Shown: positions 49,932 through 59,685 of the stretch, one piece after another
How the letters are laid out: every line of letters begins with the position of its first letter
Numbering within the stretch: position 1 is the stretch's first letter
Source of the DNA: Bacillota bacterium
GTDB taxonomy: Bacteria; Bacillota; Ch66; Ch109
Direction: 5' to 3'
Length of the DNA stretch: 64,000 nt
Assembly (NCBI GenBank): GCA_050952625.1
Contig: JBMNLH010000001.1
Coordinates: 1,184,001 to 1,248,000 of the forward strand
Notes under the pieces: model-generated
Database searches by the model: none
Seen by the model: only the letters and a program-made list of their open reading frames with translations
What the model was told of the DNA's origin: nothing
Made by a program: the position numbers and the translations under genes

Positions 49932-51185
49932 ATGTCAAGTCTAGCCCAAGGTTGGCGGCAAACAGTGCGCTGGATCATTAATAGTAATTGGGCGTTAATC
50001 TGGGAGTACTTTTTAACCTGTCTGAAAACCTGGCAAATAAGCATAAAACAAGATACAAAAAATAATTACAATGCAACCGAAAAAGATTCCAGGCTACTTC
50101 TGCAATTAGGTAAAAAACTATTTTTACAGAATCAGTTTGAAGAGGCTATTGAACATTTTAAATCCGCCCTAGATATAACACCGGCGTTAACTCCTACATT
50201 TAATAAAAACGAATGTTTAAGATGGTTAGGATTAGCTTACGACAAAACTACTCGTTGGGAAGAGAGCTTGACAGTATGGCAGGAACTATTAAAAACGGAT
50301 TGTCGTTCCCTGGAAAACTGGAATTATAAAGGAAAGGCCTTACTTAATCTAGGGCGTTTCAAAGAGGCAGAGAACTGTTTTAGTCGAGCTTTAAACCTGA
50401 AACCAAATGATTCTACGACACTGAACAATTTGGGAATTTGTCTAATGGTTCAGGGAAGACCGGGTGATGCTTGGCGTTGCTTTCAAATGATTCTGGATGA
50501 GTACCCTCGGGATCCCATTTTTCTAGGTAACGCTGGCCTTGCTTTAAGCCGGATTGGAGATTATTATAAAGCTGTGGAATTTTTGCGTAAAGCTTTTAAA
50601 TATGGATCGCGCGATCCTATTGTGTTAAATAATTTTGGAGTTTGCCTCGCTGAACTCGGACAGTATCAAGAGGCTGCCCAATTCTACCGAGAGGTTCTAT
50701 CTAAGCTAGACACAGAGAATACTGAGGTTTTATCAAACTTAGGCAGTGTTTTTTGCAAAACCGGTTTTCATGAAGAAGCCTTAAAATGCTATTTAACAGC
50801 CTTGAGAAATAACCCCCAAGATCCAGCTTTGCTAAATAATTATGCAATGGCCTTAGAAGCTCTAGACCAGTTAAACGAAGCACTGTATCATTATAACCTG
50901 GCCTTGGAAATTCAGCCCCGCAACCCTATATTTCTCCAAAACAAGGCTGTCTGCCTGGACAAGCTCCAACGTCAAAATGAAGCCATGGAATGTCTAGATC
51001 AAATCCTACAGGAAGAACCATTAAATAGAGCAGCCTGGGATTACAAAGGGGCCCTTTATTTGCGTCAGGGTAGACAAGATCTAGCTGTTGATTGTTATAA
51101 TTTAGCCCTGGGTTTATGTTATCTGCCAAAAGAAGACTTGTTTGTTCCTAAACCGCCGCATCTTGACCGAGGTATCGGAGCATAA
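49932..51185 (+). CDS. Tetratricopeptide repeat protein
   Basis: Multiple 34-aa TPR units (e.g. LNNLG..L...G...A...Y..AL...P); SigH-like promoter at 49864-49890. Confidence 0.88.
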   Translation: MSSLAQGWRQTVRWIINSNWALIWEYFLTCLKTWQISIKQDTKNNYNATEKDSRLLLQLGKKLFLQNQFEEAIEHFKSALDITPALTPTFNKNECLRWLGLAYDKTTRWEESLTVWQELLKTDCRSLENWNYKGKALLNLGRFKEAENCFSRALNLKPNDSTTLNNLGICLMVQGRPGDAWRCFQMILDEYPRDPIFLGNAGLALSRIGDYYKAVEFLRKAFKYGSRDPIVLNNFGVCLAELGQYQEAAQFYREVLSKLDTENTEVLSNLGSVFCKTGFHEEALKCYLTALRNNPQDPALLNNYAMALEALDQLNEALYHYNLALEIQPRNPIFLQNKAVCLDKLQRQNEAMECLDQILQEEPLNRAAWDYKGALYLRQGRQDLAVDCYNLALGLCYLPKEDLFVPKPPHLDRGIGA

Positions 51186-51285
51186 ACAAGCTTAACCATT
51201 AGAGTTTATATAATTAACTGCTTTTTCGGAACCGAGGGTAAGGCTTTCACCGGTAACCCTTGGTTTTTCACTTGCTAAGGGTATC

Positions 51286-51314
51286 TTGGATACCTTTACT
51301 CATTGTGGTACAAT
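51286..51314 (+). promoter_or_regulatory. SigA promoter of the folE operon
   Basis: TTGGAT-17 nt-TACAAT with TG; -35 lies inside the palindrome GGTATC-TTG-GATACC. Confidence 0.6.
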
Positions 51315-51385
51315 TCAAAGTGTGTTGAAATAAGTTAACTCATTTTTAGCGGGAAGGTAGGTGAACCCGGATTTCCGGGTAACCC

Positions 51386-51943
51386 TTGGATCAAGACAAG
51401 ATTAAAGCAGCAGTCAAATTATTACTTGAAGCAATAGGAGAAGATGTTGAACGGGAGGGCCTTCGGGCAACCCCAGATAGGGTAGCCCATATGTATACCG
51501 AAATTTTCCGTGGACTTAAGGAAGATCCACGAAATCATTTAGAAGTTTTCTTTAGCGAACCTCATGAAGAAATTGTAATGCTTAAAGATATTCCTATTTA
51601 TTCAATGTGTGAACATCACCTCCTGCCGTTTTATGGCAAGGCTCATGTTGCCTATATCCCTCGTAAGGGAAAAATTACTGGACTAAGCAAGTTAGCCCGC
51701 GTTGTAGAAGGCTATGCTAAACGTCCACAACTTCAAGAAAGATTAACATCTCAAATTGCCGATTCCATTATGGAGGTCATGAAGCCTAGAGGAGTAGTGG
51801 TAGTAATTGAAGCAGAGCATATGTGTATGACCATGAGGGGAGTGCAAAAACCCGGTACTAAAACCCTTACCTCTGCAGTCAGAGGTGTTTTTCAAACCAA
51901 TGAGGCAACCAGGGCTGAGGCGTTCGCTTTGATTCGGGGATGA
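51386..51943 (+). CDS. folE: GTP cyclohydrolase I
   Basis: [30 protein letters not shown]. Confidence 0.96.
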   Translation: MDQDKIKAAVKLLLEAIGEDVEREGLRATPDRVAHMYTEIFRGLKEDPRNHLEVFFSEPHEEIVMLKDIPIYSMCEHHLLPFYGKAHVAYIPRKGKITGLSKLARVVEGYAKRPQLQERLTSQIADSIMEVMKPRGVVVVIEAEHMCMTMRGVQKPGTKTLTSAVRGVFQTNEATRAEAFALIRG

Positions 51944-51971
51944 TTAACCTTTGTTTATGAGGGGAGTAGAT

Positions 51972-52196
51972 ATGCTCTTGAAACCTGAGAATATTTCCAA
52001 CACCCGCACTTCAGATGAAAGTATTAGAACAGAAGGAAAATTACAACTGTTAGCTATTAAAACATTAAGTTCCCACGATGAATTGTATAAAGTAGTAGAC
52101 TTTCTAAATAAAACTCTTAAAGAACATCATTTAATGTTCGGCCTGACAAAAAACACCAGAGATAATACGATGACTATTTCCATCTACGAAGTTTAA
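51972..52196 (+). CDS. YpmA (DUF4264) family protein
   Basis: LYKVVDFLNKTLK...LMFGL..MTISIYE. Confidence 0.75.
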   Translation: MLLKPENISNTRTSDESIRTEGKLQLLAIKTLSSHDELYKVVDFLNKTLKEHHLMFGLTKNTRDNTMTISIYEV

Positions 52197-52238
52197 AATT
52201 TCCAAAGAGAAAATACTTGTTCGAGGTGATTCAAAAGC

Positions 52239-52811
52239 ATGATCGAAGACAAGGGGGAATCAACGGATCTTAATGGGAAGTTTACTACTAAAGGATTAGT
52301 GGGATTAATCAAAGAGACTTTAAGTATACTGATAATAGCTTTTTTACTCTCAATGGTATTAAAAGCCTATGTAGTAGAAGCCCGGTTAATACCAAGCGGT
52401 TCGATGCTGCCAACAATTCAGGAACAAGACCGGGTGCTGGTTAACAAGTTTATTTATCGATTTCAGTTGCCAGAGCGTTTTGAGGTAATTGTGTTTGAAC
52501 CTCCACTAGAGACTGGCCACCATGAGGATTTTATTAAGCGGGTAATCGGTTTGCCTGGAGAAACCGTAGAGGTGAAAGATGGCAAAGTCTATATAGACGG
52601 AGAGGTACTAATAGAAGATTACATTCAGGAAGAACCAAATTATAGTTTTGGACCGGTAGTAGTTCCGGCAAATAGCCTTTTCGTGATGGGAGATAATAGA
52701 AATCGAAGTTTTGACAGTCACCTTTGGAGCGGTTGGTTGAGCCTGGATAAGGTCAAAGGAAAAGCTTTTTATACTTATTGGCCCCTGGATCGGATGGGAG
52801 TTATGAAATAG
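52239..52811 (+). CDS. lepB: Signal peptidase I
   Basis: SGSMLPT, IKRVIGLPG, GDNR..S.DS. Confidence 0.94.
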   Translation: MIEDKGESTDLNGKFTTKGLVGLIKETLSILIIAFLLSMVLKAYVVEARLIPSGSMLPTIQEQDRVLVNKFIYRFQLPERFEVIVFEPPLETGHHEDFIKRVIGLPGETVEVKDGKVYIDGEVLIEDYIQEEPNYSFGPVVVPANSLFVMGDNRNRSFDSHLWSGWLSLDKVKGKAFYTYWPLDRMGVMK

Positions 52812-52820
52812 GAGGTAACC

Positions 52821-53591
52821 ATGCGGATTCTCTTAACCAATGATGATGGCATACATGCTCGTGGACTGGACGCCCTCCGGCTAGCTTTGGAAGATATTGC
52901 TGAAGTTATAGTCGCGGCTCCGGACCGCGAGAGAAGTGCAACTGGTCATGGGATAACTGTAGATTATCCTATCCGGGTCAGCAAATATCAATTCTCGCAT
53001 TCATCAACTCCGGGATGGATTATTGATGGCACTCCGGCTGACTGCGTAAAATTAGCCATCTGTGCTCTATTATCTCATCCTCCAGATCTCGTTGTTTCCG
53101 GGATTAATCGGGGTGGAAATCTGGGGACAGATGTCCTGTATTCAGGAACCGTATCAGCAGCTATTGAAGGTATCATCCAAGGAATACCATCTATAGCTGT
53201 TTCTTTGAATAGCTTTGATTTTCAGGCCGACTACAGCTATGCAGCTAGCGTTGCTTGTAAACTATGTCTGGAAATAAAGAAGGTAGGTTTAACTACCGAT
53301 ACCATGCTTAATGTCAATGTCCCGGCAGTTACTGAAGCTGAAATTAAAGGAACGCAAATTACCAAATTAGGTATTCGCCGTTATGAAGATGTTTTTCAAG
53401 AACGTCAGGATCCCCGCGGCAGAACCTACTTTTGGTTGGCCGGAGATATTGTTGACGATGACCAAGATCAAGATGCTGATGTTATGGTAATCAGAAAAAA
53501 TATCATCTCAATTACTCCCATTCATTTTGACTTAACCAATTTTAAGCTGATACAGGAACTTAAGGATAAACTAAACCATGTCTTATGGTAG
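52821..53591 (+). CDS. surE: 5'/3'-nucleotidase SurE
   Basis: TNDDG, GTPADCV, SGIN.G.N, YSGTV. Confidence 0.96.
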   Translation: MRILLTNDDGIHARGLDALRLALEDIAEVIVAAPDRERSATGHGITVDYPIRVSKYQFSHSSTPGWIIDGTPADCVKLAICALLSHPPDLVVSGINRGGNLGTDVLYSGTVSAAIEGIIQGIPSIAVSLNSFDFQADYSYAASVACKLCLEIKKVGLTTDTMLNVNVPAVTEAEIKGTQITKLGIRRYEDVFQERQDPRGRTYFWLAGDIVDDDQDQDADVMVIRKNIISITPIHFDLTNFKLIQELKDKLNHVLW

Positions 53592-53617
53592 CTAGGGAAA
53601 GGTAGAGGTTGATTTAG

Positions 53618-53878
53618 TTGTTTTGGTTAAATTGGGTTTTGAACTCGATTGTGTTTATTATGGTATTTAATCTCTCAAGAATAGTAACCTGGTTTCAAAC
53701 TCGGACCTGGAAGTTTGGAAATCCGGTGTTAACCGTGTTTCTGCCCCTGACTCTAGCCTTAGCTCTCACAGTTGTCGATAGTCTCCGACTTTATTTTGTT
53801 TATCAGTTAATAATTCTGGTAGTAACTGGTGGTCTGCTCTATTGGTTGACTTATAAAACAAAAAAAGACCGATGGTAA
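53618..53878 (+). CDS. Small hypothetical membrane protein
   Basis: SD AGAGGT plus TTG; about three hydrophobic segments. Confidence 0.6.
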   Translation: MFWLNWVLNSIVFIMVFNLSRIVTWFQTRTWKFGNPVLTVFLPLTLALALTVVDSLRLYFVYQLIILVVTGGLLYWLTYKTKKDRW

Positions 53879-53954
53879 TCAGGTTTTTTAATTTTCGTGA
53901 AACACGGAGCAAGCAAGATTTCTGTTCTGATGGTGCTATCTAGTGGCTTGTTGC

Positions 53955-55595
53955 CTACTTAAATAATATAGCGCGAGCTTCCGAAATCTTAAGTGAGTCT
54001 CCCCAAATGAGAATTGCTAAATAAGCTGTCAAGCCGATTAGAGAGGCCAAGATTAATAATGGGATCTCTTCTAGAATAGGTAATTGAATTCTATATACTA
54101 TTTGATGCAGAATTACTCCCATTCCAAAACCGGCAACTAGTGGTATGATTAAGTCCTGTTTGATATCGAGAGTAATTATTTGATTAAGAGGGGTTAGATT
54201 TAAAGCAACCCCCACGACATAACTCAAGATATAGGCCAACGCCACTGCCCCCACACCACTCTCAAGAATGGCCGCGAAGCTTGATCCATAGAAATAATAA
54301 TTAACCAGTATCCTTGAGGTAAAAATATATATCGCACCAATCCGAACTATTGCCATAATTAAACTATTACCTAACACCAGATTTACCCTTCCTAAACCAT
54401 TTAAAACCCCGTTAGTTATTTGGATTACATAGAGAAATAATCCCCCCGTGGCTAAAACACGGAGAGGGACGCCGGCTCCAGTAACGCCGAAAATAAGGCT
54501 GGATACTTTTTCGGGCACCACCCAAAGGATAACCAATAACGGAAAACTAATAATTATTGTATAGTAAATACTCTGCGTTAACCTTTTTTTAAGCCAGGCA
54601 TGGTCTTTTCTAACCTGGGCCGCGGATACAGCTGGTAGTAGGTTTGTACTGATGGCCGTGGTAAAAATATTTGGAATCGATACCAAAGTCAAGACGACTC
54701 CCGTAAACAGACCATATAGGGCGGTGGCCTCTGATTGGGAGTAACCTAAATTTTCTATCCGGCTAGGAATCAAAATTGCCTCAGCGTTGAGCAGAAGTAC
54801 AGCTGCTATCCTGGTTAAAGTAACCGGTCCGGCTATCGGCCAGATTCTCTCTCTAAAGACCGAGGTTTCATTATTAGTAGTCGATAGGTTAGTGCTAGCA
54901 AAATTTGTCTGCGAGCTTTTAATATGATTTTTGGGGGGAAGATACTTATTGCGCTTAAAAAACGATAATCCACCTATGTAAAAACTAATAAGTAACAGGC
55001 AGCCTGCTGTTTCACCAACAAAGACCCCGGCTGTATAGCCTGTAGCGGCCCAAGATACTCCCCATGGTGTCATTTGCTTAGCTAAATACAGGCCAACCAC
55101 CACTCGCACAGCTTGTTCGATAACCTGAGCTACTGCGGGGATTGCCATGCGTTGAATTCCTTGAAAGTAGCCCCTGAAGGCTGAGGAAACAGCGGTTATT
55201 GGCAAAGTGGGGATGAGGACCAAAACACACCAAATTGCCCGGGGATCAGCCATTATCTTGCTCCCTATGCTAGGCAGAAGCAAGGCTAAAACTATGGCCA
55301 GGCCCATGCCAGTTATTCCTAATCTTATGACTGACCAGCGTAAGATTTGGTGGGCGGACCGCGAATTCTTACCAGCTAATTCTTCAGCCACTAATTTGGA
55401 TACTGCCACAGGGATGCCGGCTGTCGTAAATACTAAGGCTAACATGTAAATGGGAATTGCTAACTGAAATAAGCCATACCCTTCGGAACCTATCAAACGT
55501 AATACTAGAACCTGGTTGACTAACCCCAGTAATCGATTAACTAGGTTGGCCGTAGTTAACACTAGCGTACCTTTAATTAAATGCCGATCAGACAT
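53955..55595 (-). CDS. spoVB: Stage V sporulation protein B (MOP/MurJ-like flippase)
   Basis: GIPVAVSKLVAE, RGYFQG, QVIEQ.VR; SigE-like promoter GTCTAAC-14-CATATTA at 55621-55648. Confidence 0.85.
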   Translation of the reverse strand: MSDRHLIKGTLVLTTANLVNRLLGLVNQVLVLRLIGSEGYGLFQLAIPIYMLALVFTTAGIPVAVSKLVAEELAGKNSRSAHQILRWSVIRLGITGMGLAIVLALLLPSIGSKIMADPRAIWCVLVLIPTLPITAVSSAFRGYFQGIQRMAIPAVAQVIEQAVRVVVGLYLAKQMTPWGVSWAATGYTAGVFVGETAGCLLLISFYIGGLSFFKRNKYLPPKNHIKSSQTNFASTNLSTTNNETSVFRERIWPIAGPVTLTRIAAVLLLNAEAILIPSRIENLGYSQSEATALYGLFTGVVLTLVSIPNIFTTAISTNLLPAVSAAQVRKDHAWLKKRLTQSIYYTIIISFPLLVILWVVPEKVSSLIFGVTGAGVPLRVLATGGLFLYVIQITNGVLNGLGRVNLVLGNSLIMAIVRIGAIYIFTSRILVNYYFYGSSFAAILESGVGAVALAYILSYVVGVALNLTPLNQIITLDIKQDLIIPLVAGFGMGVILHQIVYRIQLPILEEIPLLILASLIGLTAYLAILIWGDSLKISEARAILFK

Positions 55596-55832
55596 ATGTA
55601 ATTTGTGCCTCCTTGCCAATTAATATGATTTAGGCAAGCTGGTTAGACTAGGTTAGAAAGGAAAGGACTGTCTGGCAAAATCAAGGCATGCCCTTGACTA
55701 GCTCTTTTACTATCTGGTAAAGTATTATAGGATTTATTTGGTTTTCTAAAGTAAACGACCATTTCCAGCAAACCAGCTCAGATATTGAGGAAATAGTCTA
55801 ATTTTACTGTTCTAGATAAAAGGAGGAGATAT

Positions 55833-57878
55833 TTGTTGAAGGTATATCCAACCAGTAAGATTCGAAATGTGGCTTTAGTAGGACACGTTGGCTCCGGTAA
55901 AACTTCTTTAACCGAAGCAATGCTGTTTAATGCCGGACATACTACACGTTTAGGGAAAGTGGATGATGGAACCACGACAACTGACTTCCATCCAGAAGAA
56001 ACAAAACGGAAAATAACGATTAATGCAACCCTGGCCCCTATTGAATGGAAAGACCATAAGATAAACTTGATTGATGCTCCGGGGTTTGCTGATTTTTATG
56101 CTGAAGTAAAAGGAGCCATGCGAGCGGTTGATAGCCTAATAGTGGTTCTAGATGGAGTAGGCGGGGTTGAAGTCCAGACCGAGGTTGTCTGGGAAGATGC
56201 TGAAAAACGCAATCTGCCTCGAATAGCCTATGTTAATAAAATAGAAAGAGAAAATGCTAATTTCTTTCGAGTTATTGACCAAATGAAAGAGTCCTTATCC
56301 GGCAATATTGTGCCAATCCAATTACCAATTGGTTCAGAAGCAGCCTTTTCCGGAGTAGTTGATCTACTGAAAATGAAAGCTTATCAGTGGGAAGGTAATG
56401 GGAAGTTTAAAGAGGTAGCGATTCCTGCCGAATTAGCGGATGATGCCGCAGCCTATCGTGAGCAACTTGCGGAAGCTGCAGCTGAGGCAGATGATGACCT
56501 ACTTAATAAATTTTTAGAAGGGGAAGAGCTTTCAGCAGAGGAGATCTACACCGGTTTTAAGGTTGCAATACGTAAAGGGATGGTCATACCGGTACTCTGC
56601 GGTTCAGCCACAAAAAATATCGGTATCCAACCAGTGCTTGACCTGATCATTGAAGGGTTGCCTTCTCCAAGCGAAACGGCGGAAGCCGAAGGAAAAGACC
56701 TGGCCGCTGAACCGCTAACTGCCCTTGTGTTTAAGACTTTGGCTGACCCCTATGTTGGTAAACTAAACTTTTTCCGAGTCTTTAGCGGCACCTTTAAGGG
56801 GGATACCTTTGTCTACAATGTCAATAAAGAAAAAGAAGAGAAAATCAGCCAAATTTTAATTATGCGGGGGAAAAATCAGGAATCAGTCCCAGAACTTCAA
56901 GCGGGTGATATTGCAGCAGTAGCCAAACTCAGTGAAACCACAACCGGTGATACCTTCTGCCAAAAAGCAAACCCAATTGAGCTTGAAGGTGTAGAATTTC
57001 CTGAACCAAGACTATCAATTGCCATTGAACCAAAGAGTAAAGGTGACGAAGATAAACTAGGAACCGCAATTGCTCGTTTAATGGAAGAAGATCCTTCTCT
57101 CCAGTGGTCTAAGAATGTCGAGACCAGACAAACCTTGTTAACCGGTATGGGTGAAACCCATCTGGATATTGTGCTTGAAAGGCTTCAACGCAAATTTGGT
57201 GTCGAGGTTACGACAAAAGAACCGAAAGTTGCCTACCGGGAAACTATTCGGGGTACCGTTAAGGTGGAAGGAAAACACAAGAAACAGACCGGGGGCCATG
57301 GCCAATATGGTCATGTTTGGCTGGAGATAGGCCCTAGTTATGACTCGGAATTAGAATTTAGCGAAAGTCTTTTTGGTGGTTCAGTGCCAAAACAATATGT
57401 GCCGGCAGTTGAAAAAGGCATTCGGGAGGGAATACAAGAGGGAGTCCTAGCTGGGTTCCCGGTAACCGGGCTTAAAGTTAATCTTTACGATGGCTCTTAT
57501 CACACCGTTGACTCCAACGAACTGTCCTTTAAAATGGCTGCTATCTTAGCTTTGCGCAAGGGTTTGGAGCAAGCCAAGCCGGTCTTATTGGAACCGATTG
57601 CATCGGTCGAAGTAACAGTGCCGGAACAGTTCATGGGCGACATAATTGGTGACCTTAATACCAAGAGGGGCCGAATCCTGGGAATGGAGCCGCAAGGAAA
57701 ATACCAAGTAATTAAAGCTCAGGTACCTGCTTCAGAAATGCAACGTTACTCGATTGATTTAAAGTCAATCACTCAAGGTCGGGGTTCGTTCAATATGGAA
57801 ATTACCGGCTACGAAGAAGTACCAAGTAATTTAGCGGAAAAGATTATTGCTGCCCGTAAAGCAGAAAAAGAAGAATAA
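55833..57878 (+). CDS. Elongation factor G paralog (EF-G2 type)
   Basis: All five EF-G domains (GSGKT, RKITI, DAPG, NKIE, GMGE.HL, KQTGG.GQY, DGSYH); not in an rpsL-rpsG-tuf context. Confidence 0.92.
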   Translation: MLKVYPTSKIRNVALVGHVGSGKTSLTEAMLFNAGHTTRLGKVDDGTTTTDFHPEETKRKITINATLAPIEWKDHKINLIDAPGFADFYAEVKGAMRAVDSLIVVLDGVGGVEVQTEVVWEDAEKRNLPRIAYVNKIERENANFFRVIDQMKESLSGNIVPIQLPIGSEAAFSGVVDLLKMKAYQWEGNGKFKEVAIPAELADDAAAYREQLAEAAAEADDDLLNKFLEGEELSAEEIYTGFKVAIRKGMVIPVLCGSATKNIGIQPVLDLIIEGLPSPSETAEAEGKDLAAEPLTALVFKTLADPYVGKLNFFRVFSGTFKGDTFVYNVNKEKEEKISQILIMRGKNQESVPELQAGDIAAVAKLSETTTGDTFCQKANPIELEGVEFPEPRLSIAIEPKSKGDEDKLGTAIARLMEEDPSLQWSKNVETRQTLLTGMGETHLDIVLERLQRKFGVEVTTKEPKVAYRETIRGTVKVEGKHKKQTGGHGQYGHVWLEIGPSYDSELEFSESLFGGSVPKQYVPAVEKGIREGIQEGVLAGFPVTGLKVNLYDGSYHTVDSNELSFKMAAILALRKGLEQAKPVLLEPIASVEVTVPEQFMGDIIGDLNTKRGRILGMEPQGKYQVIKAQVPASEMQRYSIDLKSITQGRGSFNMEITGYEEVPSNLAEKIIAARKAEKEE

Positions 57879-57902
57879 TATCAATTATAAGGGTATTAAG
57901 CT

Positions 57903-57932
57903 GAAAGGAGTCTCTGATCGGAGACTCCTTTC
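57903..57932 (+). terminator. Terminator after the EF-G paralog
   Basis: Perfect 12-bp stem GAAAGGAGTCTC/GAGACTCCTTTC. Confidence 0.75.
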
Positions 57933-58151
57933 TTATTATAGTACAGAACGATTGACCATGTTTACATCTAAATCTTGCCTGTGGTTGATTACATCAATTA
58001 CCGTTCTGACTTTGAATCTAGTATCCCCAAATTATGCTTTGCCTATTCTGAGCCTAATAAATATGGATCCATATCTTCTTTCCTCAGAGTAACCTTTAGC
58101 TACTTTTTTTAATATTATTTAGTAGTGCCGGTTATGGAAGGAGGAGATCTC

Positions 58152-58979
58152 ATGGTCTACGCCAGTCGTTATTTGCGGCTGATGTCACCATACATGAGTG
58201 GACCTGATGTTAGGGATGTTCAACAAAGACTCACCGAGCTCGGAATATTTAGAGGGGCAGTTGACGGGATTTACGGCCCGGATACTGAGACGGCAGTTCG
58301 CGAGTTTCAAAGACAAAATGGTTTAGCGATTGATGGAATCGTTGGCCCCAATGCTTACCAGGCCTTATTTCCCGGTTATCCGGGCGGCAAGGGACAGCTC
58401 TCGATAACTATTGATGTGACAAGCCGAATTCTTGAATTAAAAAGAAATGGTCAAACTGTCAAGACTTATCCAGTGGCAGTTGGTAAACCGGAGACCCCCA
58501 CACCAATAGGTGACTGGACTATTGTTCAGAAGACTCTTAACCCTGGCGGTCCTTTTGGAGCACGTTGGATGAGACTGAGTGTGCCCTGGGGAGGCTACGG
58601 CATTCATGGAACTGATAATCCGAGCTCAATTGGCCAGGCAGCCAGTCATGGCTGTATTCGTTTGCATAATCAAGATGTGATTGAACTTTATGATATGGTT
58701 CCATTGGGTACTCTTGTAAAAATAATCGGTTCAGTTATAACCGGTAGAATTCTTCGGGTAGGCAGCCAAGGTGGTGATGTCCGAGAGGTGCAGCAAAGAT
58801 TGAAGATACTTGGTTACTATCAAGGCGATATTGATGGTGTTTTTGGACCGATTACTGAACAAGCAGTTCGTGCTTTTCAAAGAGACCAGGGACTAGAACC
58901 GGACGGAGTAGTTGGCCCGGATACCTACAATGCATTACAGAAGACTTGGGATATTATTCAGGGTGATCGGCAGCCGTAG
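58152..58979 (+). CDS. L,D-transpeptidase (YkuD) with two peptidoglycan-binding domains
   Basis: DG.YG..T..AV..FQ repeats at both ends; HGT...SHGCIRL. Confidence 0.92.
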   Translation: MVYASRYLRLMSPYMSGPDVRDVQQRLTELGIFRGAVDGIYGPDTETAVREFQRQNGLAIDGIVGPNAYQALFPGYPGGKGQLSITIDVTSRILELKRNGQTVKTYPVAVGKPETPTPIGDWTIVQKTLNPGGPFGARWMRLSVPWGGYGIHGTDNPSSIGQAASHGCIRLHNQDVIELYDMVPLGTLVKIIGSVITGRILRVGSQGGDVREVQQRLKILGYYQGDIDGVFGPITEQAVRAFQRDQGLEPDGVVGPDTYNALQKTWDIIQGDRQP

Positions 58980-59050
58980 ATAAACAATCTCCCAACAGAT
59001 AAAAAGAAAGGGATACTCCCTCAGGTGATCCCTTTCTCACATTTTACGGC

Positions 59051-59239
59051 TTAGGCCTCTTTTATTGCCTCAGTTGGACAGCCTTCCACAGCTTCTTTAC
59101 AAGTACTTTCAAGCTCATGTGGTACTTCATCGACAATTGCCTGGGCTTTTCCTTCATCATCCCAATCAAATACTTCCGGGCATGTATCTATACAGGCCCC
59201 ACATTCAATGCACAAATCAGGATCAACAGAAACCTTCAA
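59051..59239 (-). CDS. Single-cluster ferredoxin
   Basis: CIECGAC...CP and C-terminal CP; SD AAGGAGG before TTG 59239. Confidence 0.9.
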   Translation of the reverse strand: MKVSVDPDLCIECGACIDTCPEVFDWDDEGKAQAIVDEVPHELESTCKEAVEGCPTEAIKEA

Positions 59240-59325
59240 TTTCCTGGAACCTCCTTTAGAATTAATCGCCAAGCCAGGAAATAGTTTGTCCAGTTGTTTA
59301 TCAGATCTTTATTGTGACATTATTA

Positions 59326-59574
59326 TTAATGAACGTATTTCTTGCCAAGGCGTAATACGATTTCGGCCATCATCCTTTTTTCCTCATCAGTGGCTATTTT
59401 CCAGATTTCGCTTAGTAGAGCTTCCTCGGGAGTATCCGGTTTAACAAATCGGCTCATCAGGTTTCCAATGCTTACCATCCCTTTGACCATTTGGTCGTTA
59501 CTAACACCATGCTTAAGACCATCGCGGATGTTTTCAGCTAACTCTTGAGGAAAATGAATTTGCGGTTCAACCAT
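59326..59574 (-). CDS. DUF3243 (YmfJ-like) protein
   Basis: P.TPEE.LL.EIW..A...EK...A..V pattern. Confidence 0.7.
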   Translation of the reverse strand: MVEPQIHFPQELAENIRDGLKHGVSNDQMVKGMVSIGNLMSRFVKPDTPEEALLSEIWKIATDEEKRMMAEIVLRLGKKYVH

Positions 59575-59627
59575 TTAAACAACACCTCTTTCAAATTACA
59601 GGCTAGTATTGTTGATTTATCCATTAA

Positions 59628-59657
59628 TAGTATGACCATAAGTATAACCGGCTATGA
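59628..59657 (-). promoter_or_regulatory. SigF/SigG promoter
   Basis: TCATA-15 nt-GGTCATACTA. Confidence 0.6.
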
Positions 59658-59685
59658 CTAGCAGACGGTTATGTTAAGCTCTTGC

